Assembly (NCBI GenBank): GCA_963694535.1
Contig: CAVODE010000001.1
Coordinates: forward strand, 26,134-90,133
Origin: Dehalococcoidia bacterium
GTDB lineage: Bacteria; Chloroflexota; Dehalococcoidia; UBA2979
Length of the DNA: 64,000 nucleotides
Direction of reading: 5' to 3'
The number at the start of each line of letters is the position of its first letter. Position 1 is the stretch's first letter. A program made the position numbers and the translations under genes. Below the pieces are notes generated by a model that was not told where the DNA came from, did not search any database, and saw nothing but the letters and a program-made list of their open reading frames with translations. Of this stretch, positions 53,848 through 63,730 are shown piece by piece.

Positions 53848-53871
53848 AATAACGAGCTAGGTTATATACAT

Positions 53872-54363
53872 ATGAGTAAATTATCTAAATTGCCTTTGGG
53901 CCCGTCGGCCTTGTTTTTGACATCCTTGTTTTTTATCGGAGTTGTATTTTGGGGCTTATTCAATAAGACGGAAATCGTCGTTAAGTATGTGGATGCAGGA
54001 CCAGTAGAGAGATTTGCTATTGGCCAAGTGGACCAAGTCGCGGATTTGCCACTCTATGTTATCGGCTTAGAGAACGGAACTCTTCGGGCGATTGATACAC
54101 GGTTAGAGGGGAGCACTTGTCTGGCGAACTGGATGCCTGATGACCCGCGTGGTAAAAGCATTAACTATCAAGCAAGTAACGGTGTGTTTAAAGACACTTG
54201 CAGTGAAAAAATATGGGCGGCCGCTGGCCATGCTATTGGTGGTGACACTCCGTTACGTACCCCGCATTTAGAACCGAGACCCGGCGTGGACGGGAAACAG
54301 CATATTTTCGTTGAATTTATTATTTTAGATAAGCTTCCATCGGATGAGAATTCCAAAAAATAA
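53872..54363 (+). CDS. Hypothetical membrane-anchored protein (163 aa)
   Basis: N-terminal TM helix plus a soluble domain with two Cys. No Rieske CxH/CxxH motifs. Confidence 0.4.
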   Translation: MSKLSKLPLGPSALFLTSLFFIGVVFWGLFNKTEIVVKYVDAGPVERFAIGQVDQVADLPLYVIGLENGTLRAIDTRLEGSTCLANWMPDDPRGKSINYQASNGVFKDTCSEKIWAAAGHAIGGDTPLRTPHLEPRPGVDGKQHIFVEFIILDKLPSDENSKK

Positions 54364-54443
54364 AATAGTGCTAAATTCAAAGAACTTCATTCGTAGCGTT
54401 TAGGTAGTTAGAATGACAGAGTGATCGGCTTTGCAAAGCCAGT

Positions 54444-55277
54444 ATGGAGTACGTAATGACAACTAAGACAAATTCTTCAATGCTTGTGACTACTGATTGG
54501 TTGGCCAACCAGCTGGAAAACCTCGACTTTGTATTGATTGATGCGGGTGAACCAGATGCTTACAGGCGCGCTCATATACCAGGAGCGGTTGGCGTAGCTC
54601 ACCCGTATTTAAAGGGTAAGGGAAGCGATTTGGTCATGGATGCAGGCGATTTTGAGAAACTTGCTCGACGGTGGGGCATTTCCAATGACACACCGGTAGT
54701 CATATATGATGACAATGCTTCACTTCATGCCGCTCGTGTATGGTGGGTTTTTCAATATTTCGGCCATTTGAATGTCAAAGTCGTTGATGGAGGCTTTAAC
54801 GCTTGGCTTGATGAAGGCAGACCTATTACTTCAAAGAGCCCAAGACCTGAGGCTGGATCGTTTAACGCTTCTGTTCAGTCGGAACAGGTATGTCTGATTG
54901 AAGAATTAAAAACCCGAGTGAATTCAGATGCTGCGCCGGCTATTTGGGATACCCGCTCGGACGCAGAGTGGGAGGGCACCGAGACACGTGGTAACGATCG
55001 TAGCGGTCGGGTTCCTGGGGCGATTCATCTTGAGTGGCGCCACCTCATGCAGGGCCCTCCAGCTAGACGATTTAAGCCTCTTGAAGAAATCCGAAGCACC
55101 TTGGTTGATGCGGGGCTCAATCCAGACAGTGAAACAGTCACCTACTGCCAATCTGGTATACGAGGAGCGTTTGGTCATTTCATTCTGGCACTTCTCGGGA
55201 ATGAGTCAGTACGAAACTATGATGGTTCCATGTCAGAGTGGACAGGTGATCCAAATGCGCCACTGGTGCTGGAGTAG
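54444..55277 (+). CDS. Tandem-rhodanese sulfurtransferase (thiosulfate/3-mercaptopyruvate sulfurtransferase-like)
   Basis: Two rhodanese modules. Catalytic loop CQSGIRG in the second module. Confidence 0.75.
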   Translation: MEYVMTTKTNSSMLVTTDWLANQLENLDFVLIDAGEPDAYRRAHIPGAVGVAHPYLKGKGSDLVMDAGDFEKLARRWGISNDTPVVIYDDNASLHAARVWWVFQYFGHLNVKVVDGGFNAWLDEGRPITSKSPRPEAGSFNASVQSEQVCLIEELKTRVNSDAAPAIWDTRSDAEWEGTETRGNDRSGRVPGAIHLEWRHLMQGPPARRFKPLEEIRSTLVDAGLNPDSETVTYCQSGIRGAFGHFILALLGNESVRNYDGSMSEWTGDPNAPLVLE

Positions 55278-55283
55278 TCCAGA

Positions 55284-56204
55284 CTAAATTTTATATCTTA
55301 GCCAGGTAACTGTCTGAGTAAGCCCGTTTTGAAGATCTGTTTTGGGCTTCCATCCCCAGAGTTGTTGTGCTTTCTCACTAGACAGAAATGATCGGGCAAC
55401 ATCGCCCGCCCGAGCCGGCTGGTAGACTGGCATTTTGCTATATCCGGTGATTTCTTTGAGCGCATTAAATATTTGATTGGTACTTGTTTCAACACCCGTT
55501 CCGGCAAGACAGATACCCGGATCCTCTACACCCGCTTTTATCAAGATCTCCACTATGTCATCCACAAAAATATAGTCGCGAGTATCTTCACCGGTTCCAA
55601 ATATTGTCACGGTCTCATTGGCGAGCATGAGCGCGCCAAATATAGCGACTACGCCAGCTTCACCTAGATGGCTTTGCTCGGGTCCATATATATTTGCCGG
55701 TCGAATAATGGATACTTGTGTACTGGATTGGTTCGTGAGTACACGGATGTAATTCTCAACTGCTAATTTCGATACTCCGTATATTGACTGGGGATTCTGA
55801 ATAGTGCGCTCTGTATACGGCAGTGAAGATTCCTCCCCATACATAGCACCGCCAGTTGACGTAAAGACGAGACGCGGCGTTTCGATATCGGTGACTATTT
55901 GCGTGAGTCCCACAGACGCTTCAACGTTCTGAACCACGTCAGCTATTGGCTCTCTTGAAGACACGGCTACAGATGTTTGAGCCGCTAAATGAAAGACTAT
56001 GTCAGGTTTGACCTGCATTAGAATCGATCGTATTTTTTTAAAGTCTCTTAGATCTTCGGTAAATTCTGTCCAGTGTGCTGGTGGTTGGGTTCTTTTTTTC
56101 AGGTCTATGCCGGTGACACTATATCCTTCTTGCACTAGCTGCTCAATCAGATGCCCGGCGACAAATCCTGTTGATCCAGTCACAACTGCTGATTTATTTG
56201 TCAT
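55284..56204 (-). CDS. NAD-dependent epimerase/dehydratase family protein
   Basis: N-terminal VTGSTGFVAGHL Rossmann motif, YGVSK catalytic YxxxK. Confidence 0.8.
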   Translation of the reverse strand: MTNKSAVVTGSTGFVAGHLIEQLVQEGYSVTGIDLKKRTQPPAHWTEFTEDLRDFKKIRSILMQVKPDIVFHLAAQTSVAVSSREPIADVVQNVEASVGLTQIVTDIETPRLVFTSTGGAMYGEESSLPYTERTIQNPQSIYGVSKLAVENYIRVLTNQSSTQVSIIRPANIYGPEQSHLGEAGVVAIFGALMLANETVTIFGTGEDTRDYIFVDDIVEILIKAGVEDPGICLAGTGVETSTNQIFNALKEITGYSKMPVYQPARAGDVARSFLSSEKAQQLWGWKPKTDLQNGLTQTVTWLRYKI

Positions 56205-56335
56205 TGCCTACCTACTTACTGAATACTCATATATTTCTAATCTTAGTATCTTTAGTCTTTCGCTGAAATAGAAGCAATTTCTTGAAGCCAGATTAGACTT
56301 TCTTGTAGTATAGTTAAAACATCAGTAGAAAATTC

Positions 56336-56425
56336 CCGCTGGGGGGGCCATTACTGGCTGAGATTCTTGTTAATCAAGGACAACCCCAAAAACCTGAACT
56401 CGGTAATTCGAGCGGAGGAAAGCGG
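56336..56425 (+). ncRNA. TPP (THI-box) riboswitch
   Basis: P1 CCGCU...AGCGG enclosing GGGGGGCC...GGCUGAGA...ACCCC...ACCUGAAC...GGUAAUUCGAGCGGAGGAAAG. This matches the conserved THI-element cores (GGGGUGCC / GCUGAGA / ACCUGAUC / GGAUAAUGCCAGCGUAGGGAAG). It sits in the 5' leader of an NMT1/THI5-type ABC importer operon. A possible -10 TATAGT lies at 56309..56314, and a weak stem-loop plus CCTTTTG at 56446..56468 may act as expression platform. Confidence 0.8.
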
Positions 56426-56676
56426 CAAGACAGTTCACTCGAAATTAGAGTGCCTTTTGATCTAGCCACGAACCTCACAACGAAAATAACCGTCTCAGAA
56501 TCTGCTTCTCTATCGGGGGTAAATGCGGAGAGGTTATTTGGAATGATCAGAGAAACTCTATCATCAGGTATAAATTCAATGCGTGCTCACATAAAAGGCG
56601 CTCATATCGTGCGTGATATGAATTCTCTTGCAAATAAATTCAGATAGACCAATAGAAATAATAAGTAAGCAGTGGT

Positions 56677-57450
56677 ATGAGACACGTAAGTAATATTTCC
56701 CCCTCAATCTCGGTGATTATTTTGATTATTTTTTTTTGGGAAGTAGCGGTTAAATTTTGGGATATTCCTCGAGGAATTTTGCCGGCGCCAAGCCAAATTA
56801 TGGGTGAAGCTTTCCGTCTTCGTAGCGTTTTGTTGGGTCACGCCCTAACGACTGTTACTGAAGCACTGGGAGGTTTGATTCTTGCGATTTTCGTCGGCGC
56901 TATAGTAGGTGCCCTTATTTCAAGTTTCGGCTTTATCCGACGGGCTTTTTTACCAATTCTCGTTATCACACAAAATATTCCAATGATGGTGTTAGCTCCG
57001 CTAATTGTTGTTTGGTTCGGTTTTGGCATTCAACCCAAGATTGGAATAGTAACGCTGGTTTGTTTTTTTCCAATTGCTATTAATACGGCGGATGCGTTGA
57101 TGAGATCTGACCAGGAATTACTTGAATTACTTAAATCTATGGGTGCTACACGCTGGCAATTATTGAGATTGGTGAGAATCCCTCAGGCACTTCCGGCTTT
57201 TTTTTCTGGACTCCAAATTGCAGCAACTTATGCGATTCTTGGAGCTGTATTTAGTGAGTTTGCCGGAGGTACTTCAGGCCTGTGGTTGTTCATTGGTCGT
57301 TCACAGCGAGCTTACCGAACAGATCAAATGTTCGTAGCTGTCGTTTTAATTGCTCTTTTAAGTATTTGTTTATTTTTACTAGTTCGCTGGCTTGCCCGGG
57401 TAGCGATGCCTTGGCATAGCTCAGAGGGCGCTATGTATGCAGATAAATAA
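56677..57450 (+). CDS. ABC transporter permease (NitT/TauT family; ThiX-like)
   Basis: 257 aa, 6 TM helices, EAA-like loop. First gene after the TPP riboswitch. Confidence 0.75.
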   Translation: MRHVSNISPSISVIILIIFFWEVAVKFWDIPRGILPAPSQIMGEAFRLRSVLLGHALTTVTEALGGLILAIFVGAIVGALISSFGFIRRAFLPILVITQNIPMMVLAPLIVVWFGFGIQPKIGIVTLVCFFPIAINTADALMRSDQELLELLKSMGATRWQLLRLVRIPQALPAFFSGLQIAATYAILGAVFSEFAGGTSGLWLFIGRSQRAYRTDQMFVAVVLIALLSICLFLLVRWLARVAMPWHSSEGAMYADK

Positions 57451-57488
57451 AAGAAAACAGGCATGAAGTCAATGAAGGGATACGAGTA

Positions 57489-58490
57489 ATGAATATCAGG
57501 AAAAGGACGACACTCTATGTCGGCTTGTTTTGTATGTTGATGTTGGGACTTACTGCATGCAGTGGCAGTGATGACCCAGCGGAAATGCGTGAAGTAACGC
57601 TTATGCTCGATTGGACGCCGAATACTAATCATGCAGGTATCTATCTAGCCAAGCATAAAGGTTGGTTCGAGAATGAAGGGATTGACCTGACTATTATTGA
57701 ACCGGCTGCGGTCGGAGTTGAGGCAGCAGTAGGAGCAGGTACTGCACATTTTGGTTTCTCGTATTCTGAATATTTGCTCCCCGCACGGAATGCGGGTATT
57801 AAGGCATTATCGGTAGCTGCAGTGGTTCCTCATAATGACTCAAGCCTAATGTTGTTGAACTCCTCTGGGGTTACGCGACCGCGAGAGTTGGAAGGTAAAT
57901 TGTATGGAGGCTGGGGTGGTGCTCTTGAAACGCATCTTATCAAAACCTTAGTGACTTGTGACGGTGGCGACGCGAGCACACTTGAGTTTGTCGAAGTTGG
58001 TAACGTCCCTGCTGTAGAGAGCATGGAGGCTGGCAGATTTGACTTTGTCTGGGAGTTTGAAGGCTGGGGTGTAATTCGTTCCAGAGAGCTTCTTGGCCGC
58101 GATGTAACGACTCTTAGATTCATTGATTACTTAAACTGTATTCCAGACTGGTATACACCAATTTTGATAACGGGTGACTCGCTGGCTACGGATAACCCAG
58201 AGCTAGTAAAAGATTTTTTGAAAGTCGCAAGCAAAGGTTACAACGAAGCTATGAAGAGTCCAAGTGACTCTGCTGAAGCTCTCTTGGCGTTGGCTCCAGA
58301 ACTTGATTCAACCTTGGTGAAACTCGCTACTGAATATCATGCAGATAAATATCGTGACGGTGACATAGCTTGGGGGACCCAAGACGAATCGGTATGGCAA
58401 GACTTCACTTCATTTCTTTTAGAGGCAGAATATTTGGAGCTAGCGCCAGATTTGGCAAGTGCATGGACGAATGAATTCCTTCCCGACTAA
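57489..58490 (+). CDS. ABC transporter substrate-binding protein, NMT1/THI5-like (ThiY-like), lipoprotein
   Basis: Signal peptide with lipobox LTAC. NMT1/THI5 family features. Riboswitch-controlled operon. Confidence 0.7.
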   Translation: MNIRKRTTLYVGLFCMLMLGLTACSGSDDPAEMREVTLMLDWTPNTNHAGIYLAKHKGWFENEGIDLTIIEPAAVGVEAAVGAGTAHFGFSYSEYLLPARNAGIKALSVAAVVPHNDSSLMLLNSSGVTRPRELEGKLYGGWGGALETHLIKTLVTCDGGDASTLEFVEVGNVPAVESMEAGRFDFVWEFEGWGVIRSRELLGRDVTTLRFIDYLNCIPDWYTPILITGDSLATDNPELVKDFLKVASKGYNEAMKSPSDSAEALLALAPELDSTLVKLATEYHADKYRDGDIAWGTQDESVWQDFTSFLLEAEYLELAPDLASAWTNEFLPD

Positions 58491-58502
58491 TATATTCTGA
58501 AT

Positions 58503-59270
58503 ATGAATGCTATAGATGTTCGAGGATTGACTCATCAATTTAATCAAAATAGTGGGAAGGTCTCATCTCCCACTATTTTAGCGATTAACGATCTCTCCTT
58601 TTCAGTTATGAAAGGTGAATTTGTGGCCGTTGTTGGCCCAAGCGGGTGCGGCAAAAGCACGTTACTACGTATTTTATCAGGGTTAATTCACCCGACTGGA
58701 GGTGAGGTTTTTATAAAAGGGCATAAGCTTGCTGATTCCAATCCTACTGCCTACATGCCGCAGCGAGATCTTTTGTTGCCATGGCTGAATGTACAGGAAA
58801 ATGCAATGCTCGGAGCGAGATTAGCAAGAGTAGATAAAAAGGAAATTGAATCGAAATTACCACAATTATTCAAGCAGTTTGGATTGGATGGATTCCAAGA
58901 ATCATGGCCTTCCCAGTTATCGGGTGGTATGCGCCAACGGTTAGCACTGCTCAGAACCTTTCTAATGCCTCGAGATATAATTCTGCTTGACGAACCATTT
59001 GGTTCTCTCGATGCTATCACTCGCCGTGACATGCATGACTGGCTTCAAAGGGTTTTAGATTTGGACCAGAGATCATTATTACTGGTTACACACGATGTTG
59101 ACGAAGCGTTAATGCTGGCAGATCGTGTACTTGTGATGACAAATCGCCCAGGTAAAATTCTTGCGGAGGTTGAAGTTGAATTTCCCCGCCCAAGATCTAC
59201 ACAAACGTTAACTCTTCCAAAATTTACGGAGTTGAAGGAATTGCTTCTGCACAGTTTGGCTGAGGCCTAG
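58503..59270 (+). CDS. ABC transporter ATP-binding protein (NitT/TauT family; ThiZ-like)
   Basis: Walker A GPSGCGKST, signature LSGGMRQR, Walker B ILLLDEPF. Confidence 0.85.
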   Translation: MNAIDVRGLTHQFNQNSGKVSSPTILAINDLSFSVMKGEFVAVVGPSGCGKSTLLRILSGLIHPTGGEVFIKGHKLADSNPTAYMPQRDLLLPWLNVQENAMLGARLARVDKKEIESKLPQLFKQFGLDGFQESWPSQLSGGMRQRLALLRTFLMPRDIILLDEPFGSLDAITRRDMHDWLQRVLDLDQRSLLLVTHDVDEALMLADRVLVMTNRPGKILAEVEVEFPRPRSTQTLTLPKFTELKELLLHSLAEA

Positions 59271-59277
59271 CCGCCAT

Positions 59278-60630
59278 TTAGACTAATGTTTCGCAAAGTT
59301 CCATTACTTCGTTAATATCTGCAATTGTGTCCAGTGCCATTGTCGATGTATATAGTTTCTGGCTTCGAGATGAACCTATTAGCCCTTCTGTTAGCCGCTG
59401 GTATTTTTGTTCTAAATCAATATCGGTAAGCGGGTTGGAAGGTGAGCCGGTCGCATGCTTAACTTCTGTCGTGTAAATATTTCCTTGTTTGGTGGTGATA
59501 GTAGCTTCAGCTTGATTTTCAGCGTATTCAGTATTTATCGACGCTGTCACCAAATCGCGGATATTGCTAATCTCTTTGTCGAGGACCCGCTCATCAGTAA
59601 ATTGTGCGTCCGTGCCGGCTCCGTCAACTAATGCCGCAGCGGCACAATGCTGAAACGAAAACTTGGCATCTAGTCCAGTCGTTGGAGTTGGTCGATTCAT
59701 TAGTTCGAAGACCAGTGGATTTACCTTTAGGTCGATACTTCTGACGTGTTCTGGAGATAATTGATTTTCTTCGCGTAGTTTAATCACGGCGTCCTGAATA
59801 GGGTGGGAGACAACTCCGTTTGCGTATGGTTTCAACCCGTTGTTTAATAACTCCCAATCTTCTCCGAATCCTGCGACGAGTTTTTGACTATCGTGTCCGT
59901 TAGGTGAATAGACAGTCCACCAACCTCGACGACCACTAAAGATGGTAGTTGGACCACTGAATCCTTTCTTCACCAGTAATGCAGAATTCGCACCAGATGC
60001 GGCGGCGTGTCCCGCATGCATAGGTTTTCCAGCTGTACCAAATGTTTCACGGATACCGGCTGATTGAGTTCCAGCTAGCCCGAGTGCTTGAATTGTCTCA
60101 GTTTCGCTTAAACCAAGCAGCTTTGCTGCTCCGGCTGCAGCTCCAAAAACACCCGCAGTTCCGGTAATGTGCCAACCCATGTCATAGTGCCACGGATGGA
60201 CTGACATTGCAGCACGGCAAGCTATTTCAAGACCTATGATTCCGGCTTCTAGCACTGAAGCTCCTGATGAATTCAGTGCTTGTCCCACGGCCAGAACTGC
60301 CGGCCATACAGGGGCAGATGGGTGGAGTACGGTAGGAAAGTGCGTGTCATCAAAGTCTTGCAAATGGCCAAGATATCCATTGGCAAACGCTGCTTGATAA
60401 ATACTTACTTTACTTTTTTTGCTAATAATAGAGGCGCGTGAATTCCCACCCTCTTCATCGATTAAATTAAAAAGTGCTGATGCTGTGCTGTGCTGTGATG
60501 CTGATAGTGAGACGGCAAGAAGATTGACAAGTGTCCGTTTAGCCTCGTATTGAATAGTAAATTCTATCGAGCTGAGTTCGGTACTGGTGATAAATTCTGC
60601 CAGCCGTGCCTCAATGTTAAGAGTGGCCAT
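59278..60630 (-). CDS. MmgE/PrpD family protein (2-methylcitrate dehydratase-like)
   Basis: 450 aa with MmgE/PrpD N- and C-terminal domain pattern. Confidence 0.7.
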   Translation of the reverse strand: MATLNIEARLAEFITSTELSSIEFTIQYEAKRTLVNLLAVSLSASQHSTASALFNLIDEEGGNSRASIISKKSKVSIYQAAFANGYLGHLQDFDDTHFPTVLHPSAPVWPAVLAVGQALNSSGASVLEAGIIGLEIACRAAMSVHPWHYDMGWHITGTAGVFGAAAGAAKLLGLSETETIQALGLAGTQSAGIRETFGTAGKPMHAGHAAASGANSALLVKKGFSGPTTIFSGRRGWWTVYSPNGHDSQKLVAGFGEDWELLNNGLKPYANGVVSHPIQDAVIKLREENQLSPEHVRSIDLKVNPLVFELMNRPTPTTGLDAKFSFQHCAAAALVDGAGTDAQFTDERVLDKEISNIRDLVTASINTEYAENQAEATITTKQGNIYTTEVKHATGSPSNPLTDIDLEQKYQRLTEGLIGSSRSQKLYTSTMALDTIADINEVMELCETLV

Positions 60631-60760
60631 AATTTTCCTTAAGTGAGTTTTGATGACTTAGATATCGAGAGTAATTGTACGATGAAATTATGACCAACGA
60701 CTGTGTCAGCGACTATGATCACTTCCTGCTAACTAACAAATTGTATGAAAGGTTATCGTT

Positions 60761-61687
60761 GTGACTCTTGATCCTATCGCTTTAAAATTCCTAAAAGATG
60801 CAGCTGCTTTAGGTGCGCCTCCAATCGGCGAACTTGAGCCAGCTCAGGTACGAGCTGGTGTTAAGGCCTCTGGGAAGGGACCTGGTCCCGAAATATATTC
60901 CATGGAAGACATGGAGATGGCCGGCCCTGAGGGACCAATTCCGGTCAGAATATATCGGCCATCGGAGAAGACAAACCTTCCGGCTCTTGTATATTTCCAT
61001 GGGGGGGGCTGGGTTATTGGAGATATCGATTGGAATGACGGAATGTGTCGACAAATCTCTGACCAAGCGAACTGTGTGGTGATTTCTGTTGAGTATCGTT
61101 TGGCTCCGGAAGATGTGTACCCTGCCGCCGCAGATGACGCGTACGCTGCAACTGTTTGGGCGGTACAGAATGCAAAGCGATTAGAAATCGATGAAGAAAG
61201 AATCGCGGTGGGTGGATGGAGCGCCGGAGCTACTTTAGCTGCTGTTGTTTGTCTGATGCTTAGAGACAGAGGCGGTCCAAAAGTACTGCATCAGTTATTG
61301 ATATGTCCAGCTACTGATTCTGCGATGGACACAGAGTCATACCTCACTCGCGCAGAGGGATTCGGTCTAACTGCGGACACGATGGAATGGTTCTGGAATT
61401 ATTATGATCCGGCTGGAAGACGAGCTGAGCCGTACGCCTCGCCATTACTCGCAGATGACCTGTCTCAGTTACCGAGTGCACATGTGATTACAGCTGATTA
61501 TGACCCACTTCGCGACGAGGGTATTGCCTATGCCGAGGCTTTGGATTTTGCTGGCGTAGATGTCATAGTTAAGAATTATGAAGGACAAATACACACGTTT
61601 GTTCGAGAGACGGATATTTTTCCCATGGGTGCTCAGGCGTTGGCAGATGCTTCAAACGTGCTCCGTGATAAGTTCGAAGCATCATAA
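60761..61687 (+). CDS. Alpha/beta-hydrolase fold-3 esterase/lipase (HSL-like)
   Basis: HGGGW oxyanion motif, GWSAGA nucleophile elbow. Confidence 0.8.
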   Translation: MTLDPIALKFLKDAAALGAPPIGELEPAQVRAGVKASGKGPGPEIYSMEDMEMAGPEGPIPVRIYRPSEKTNLPALVYFHGGGWVIGDIDWNDGMCRQISDQANCVVISVEYRLAPEDVYPAAADDAYAATVWAVQNAKRLEIDEERIAVGGWSAGATLAAVVCLMLRDRGGPKVLHQLLICPATDSAMDTESYLTRAEGFGLTADTMEWFWNYYDPAGRRAEPYASPLLADDLSQLPSAHVITADYDPLRDEGIAYAEALDFAGVDVIVKNYEGQIHTFVRETDIFPMGAQALADASNVLRDKFEAS

Positions 61688-61784
61688 TTTGTTGAGTAAA
61701 TTGCTGTTGTTAATTACCTAACAGAATCATTTTTTTGTGCTACGCTTTCGCTTGCTAATAATAATTGAGGCATGAGGGGGCCGA

Positions 61785-62738
61785 ATGCAAAGATATATAA
61801 TTCGTAGAGTTGTGTTGATGTTACCGACAATGCTCGGTACTACCTTTCTTGTGTTTGCAATGATGCGCTTGATGCCAGGAGACTTTACTGACTTCTTGGG
61901 CGGAGATTTTGGTGCGCTTGATGCGGAAACAAAAGCAATTATACAAGCGAGTTTTGGGTTAGATCAAAACTGGGCTGTCCAGTACGTAGGTTGGATCGGT
62001 GATCTTTTGCGCGGAGACTTCGGGGTTAGTGTCTATAGTGGACGTCCGATATCTGGTGACTTATTGCAGCGTCTACCAATTACGCTAGAGCTGGGTATCT
62101 TCGCGATGGTTATCAATCTTGTTATTGGGATACCGATAGGGATTATCTCAGCGGTTCGACAGTTTACTTGGTATGACTACACTGGTCGTGCTGGGGCAAT
62201 TGCACTATTGGCTGTTCCAAATTTTTGGATAGCGCTTTTAGCTATATCTCTGGCCGGAAAATATGCCCTCTGGGCAGTTCCTTCTCCAACCTATCCTGGC
62301 TTATTTGAAGATCCGATAGCAAATCTAAAATTCATGGCATTTCCGGCACTTCTAACAGGAGCTGCTGGAGCGGGCTATCAGATGAGATTTAGTAGAACAG
62401 CAATGCTCGAGGTGATGCGTCAGGACTACATCAGAACTGCTTGGTCCAAAGGACTTCAGGAGCGACAAGTAATTTTGAAACATGGTCTTCGTAATGCGCT
62501 TATTCCAATTGTGACAGTCATAGGATTGTTTTTACCAGCGTTAATCGGTGGGACAGTGGTTATCGAGACAATTTACTCAATCCCAGGAATGGGGCGCTAC
62601 TTTATACATGCGCTGAATGGTCGAGACATATTTATTGTGCAGGCGTTGGCTGTGATATTTACCATGGTGGTCATTGTTTCAAATTTCTTAGTTGATATTG
62701 CATATTCGATTTTGAATCCAAGAATTAGGTACTCATAA
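61785..62738 (+). CDS. ABC transporter permease (DppB/OppB-like)
   Basis: 317 aa, 6 TM helices, EAA-like motif. Precedes the DppC-like gene, with ATGA overlap. Confidence 0.8.
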   Translation: MQRYIIRRVVLMLPTMLGTTFLVFAMMRLMPGDFTDFLGGDFGALDAETKAIIQASFGLDQNWAVQYVGWIGDLLRGDFGVSVYSGRPISGDLLQRLPITLELGIFAMVINLVIGIPIGIISAVRQFTWYDYTGRAGAIALLAVPNFWIALLAISLAGKYALWAVPSPTYPGLFEDPIANLKFMAFPALLTGAAGAGYQMRFSRTAMLEVMRQDYIRTAWSKGLQERQVILKHGLRNALIPIVTVIGLFLPALIGGTVVIETIYSIPGMGRYFIHALNGRDIFIVQALAVIFTMVVIVSNFLVDIAYSILNPRIRYS

Positions 62739-63718
62739 TGACATCGACTAGCACACACATCGACGATGACGAGACTCAAGCAGCCCTTTTTGGGATGCGT
62801 AAAGAGGATGATCGTTCTAAATTCCTAAAAGCGATTAGCGGAACGTGGTCATTTGCTAGAGGCTACCCTATGGGTATGATGGGGGCTGTGATCATGCTGA
62901 TATTGGTGACAATGGCTGTCATCCCTCAATTATTCACCCCGCTAGCAGTGCAAAAAGCTGATTCTATTATTGGTATTCATATCTCAGATAGATTTGAGAC
63001 ACCTAGTTGGGACTTTTGGTTTGGCACAAATGCTCTTGGACGTGATATGTATGGGCGCCTCGTTTATGGTGCGCGGACAGCGATTATGATTGGGTTTGGT
63101 GCGGTAATTCTAGCGAAGTTGCTTTCAACTGTAATTGGTACAGTGTCAGCATTTTTTGGCGGCTGGGTCGACAATACTCTCCAAAGGATCGTTGAGATGG
63201 TGCAGGCGATACCGACATTAGTGTTCCTCATATTATTTGTTGTGATGTTAGAGCCACGTATGCCAGATATAGGGCCTTTGTCTTCGGATATGCTTGTGAT
63301 TTTACTTGTTGTTGCAGTGCACTCAGGTTTTGTTTCATCAAGAACTGTTAGAGGAGTTGCCCTATCACTCCGGGAAGAGACCTACGTTGAGGCAGCTCAA
63401 TCCTTAGGAGCTTCAGATTCACGAATTATGGTGAGACATATAGTGCCCAACCTGATTGCGTACGTGATTGTGTCAGCATCTCTCTTTGTGGGTGCTGCAG
63501 TACTTTTAGAGTCATCCCTTTCATTTTTAGGGTATGGCGTTCAACCACCAGCTCCGTCTTGGGGCAGGGAATTGAATGAGGCTCGGGAAGAGCTAGCACG
63601 GTATCCACATTTAGCATTTTTCCCAGGATTGTTTATATTTGCTACGGTTTGGTCATTTAATATGTTTGGTGACGCTTTAAGAGATCGACTTGATCCGCGC
63701 TTGAGAGGCTCGACTTAG
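62738..63718 (+). CDS. ABC transporter permease (DppC/OppC-like)
   Basis: 326 aa. N-terminal extension plus 6 TM helices. Binding-protein-dependent permease pattern. Confidence 0.8.
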   Translation: MTSTSTHIDDDETQAALFGMRKEDDRSKFLKAISGTWSFARGYPMGMMGAVIMLILVTMAVIPQLFTPLAVQKADSIIGIHISDRFETPSWDFWFGTNALGRDMYGRLVYGARTAIMIGFGAVILAKLLSTVIGTVSAFFGGWVDNTLQRIVEMVQAIPTLVFLILFVVMLEPRMPDIGPLSSDMLVILLVVAVHSGFVSSRTVRGVALSLREETYVEAAQSLGASDSRIMVRHIVPNLIAYVIVSASLFVGAAVLLESSLSFLGYGVQPPAPSWGRELNEAREELARYPHLAFFPGLFIFATVWSFNMFGDALRDRLDPRLRGST

Positions 63719-63730
63719 GCTATCAGTAAG

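Noticed and set aside
56450-56647. 65-aa plus-strand ORF between the riboswitch and the ABC permease
   Set aside because: It sits inside the riboswitch expression platform/leader. The ATG overlaps a stem-loop and there is no RBS. More likely non-coding leader.
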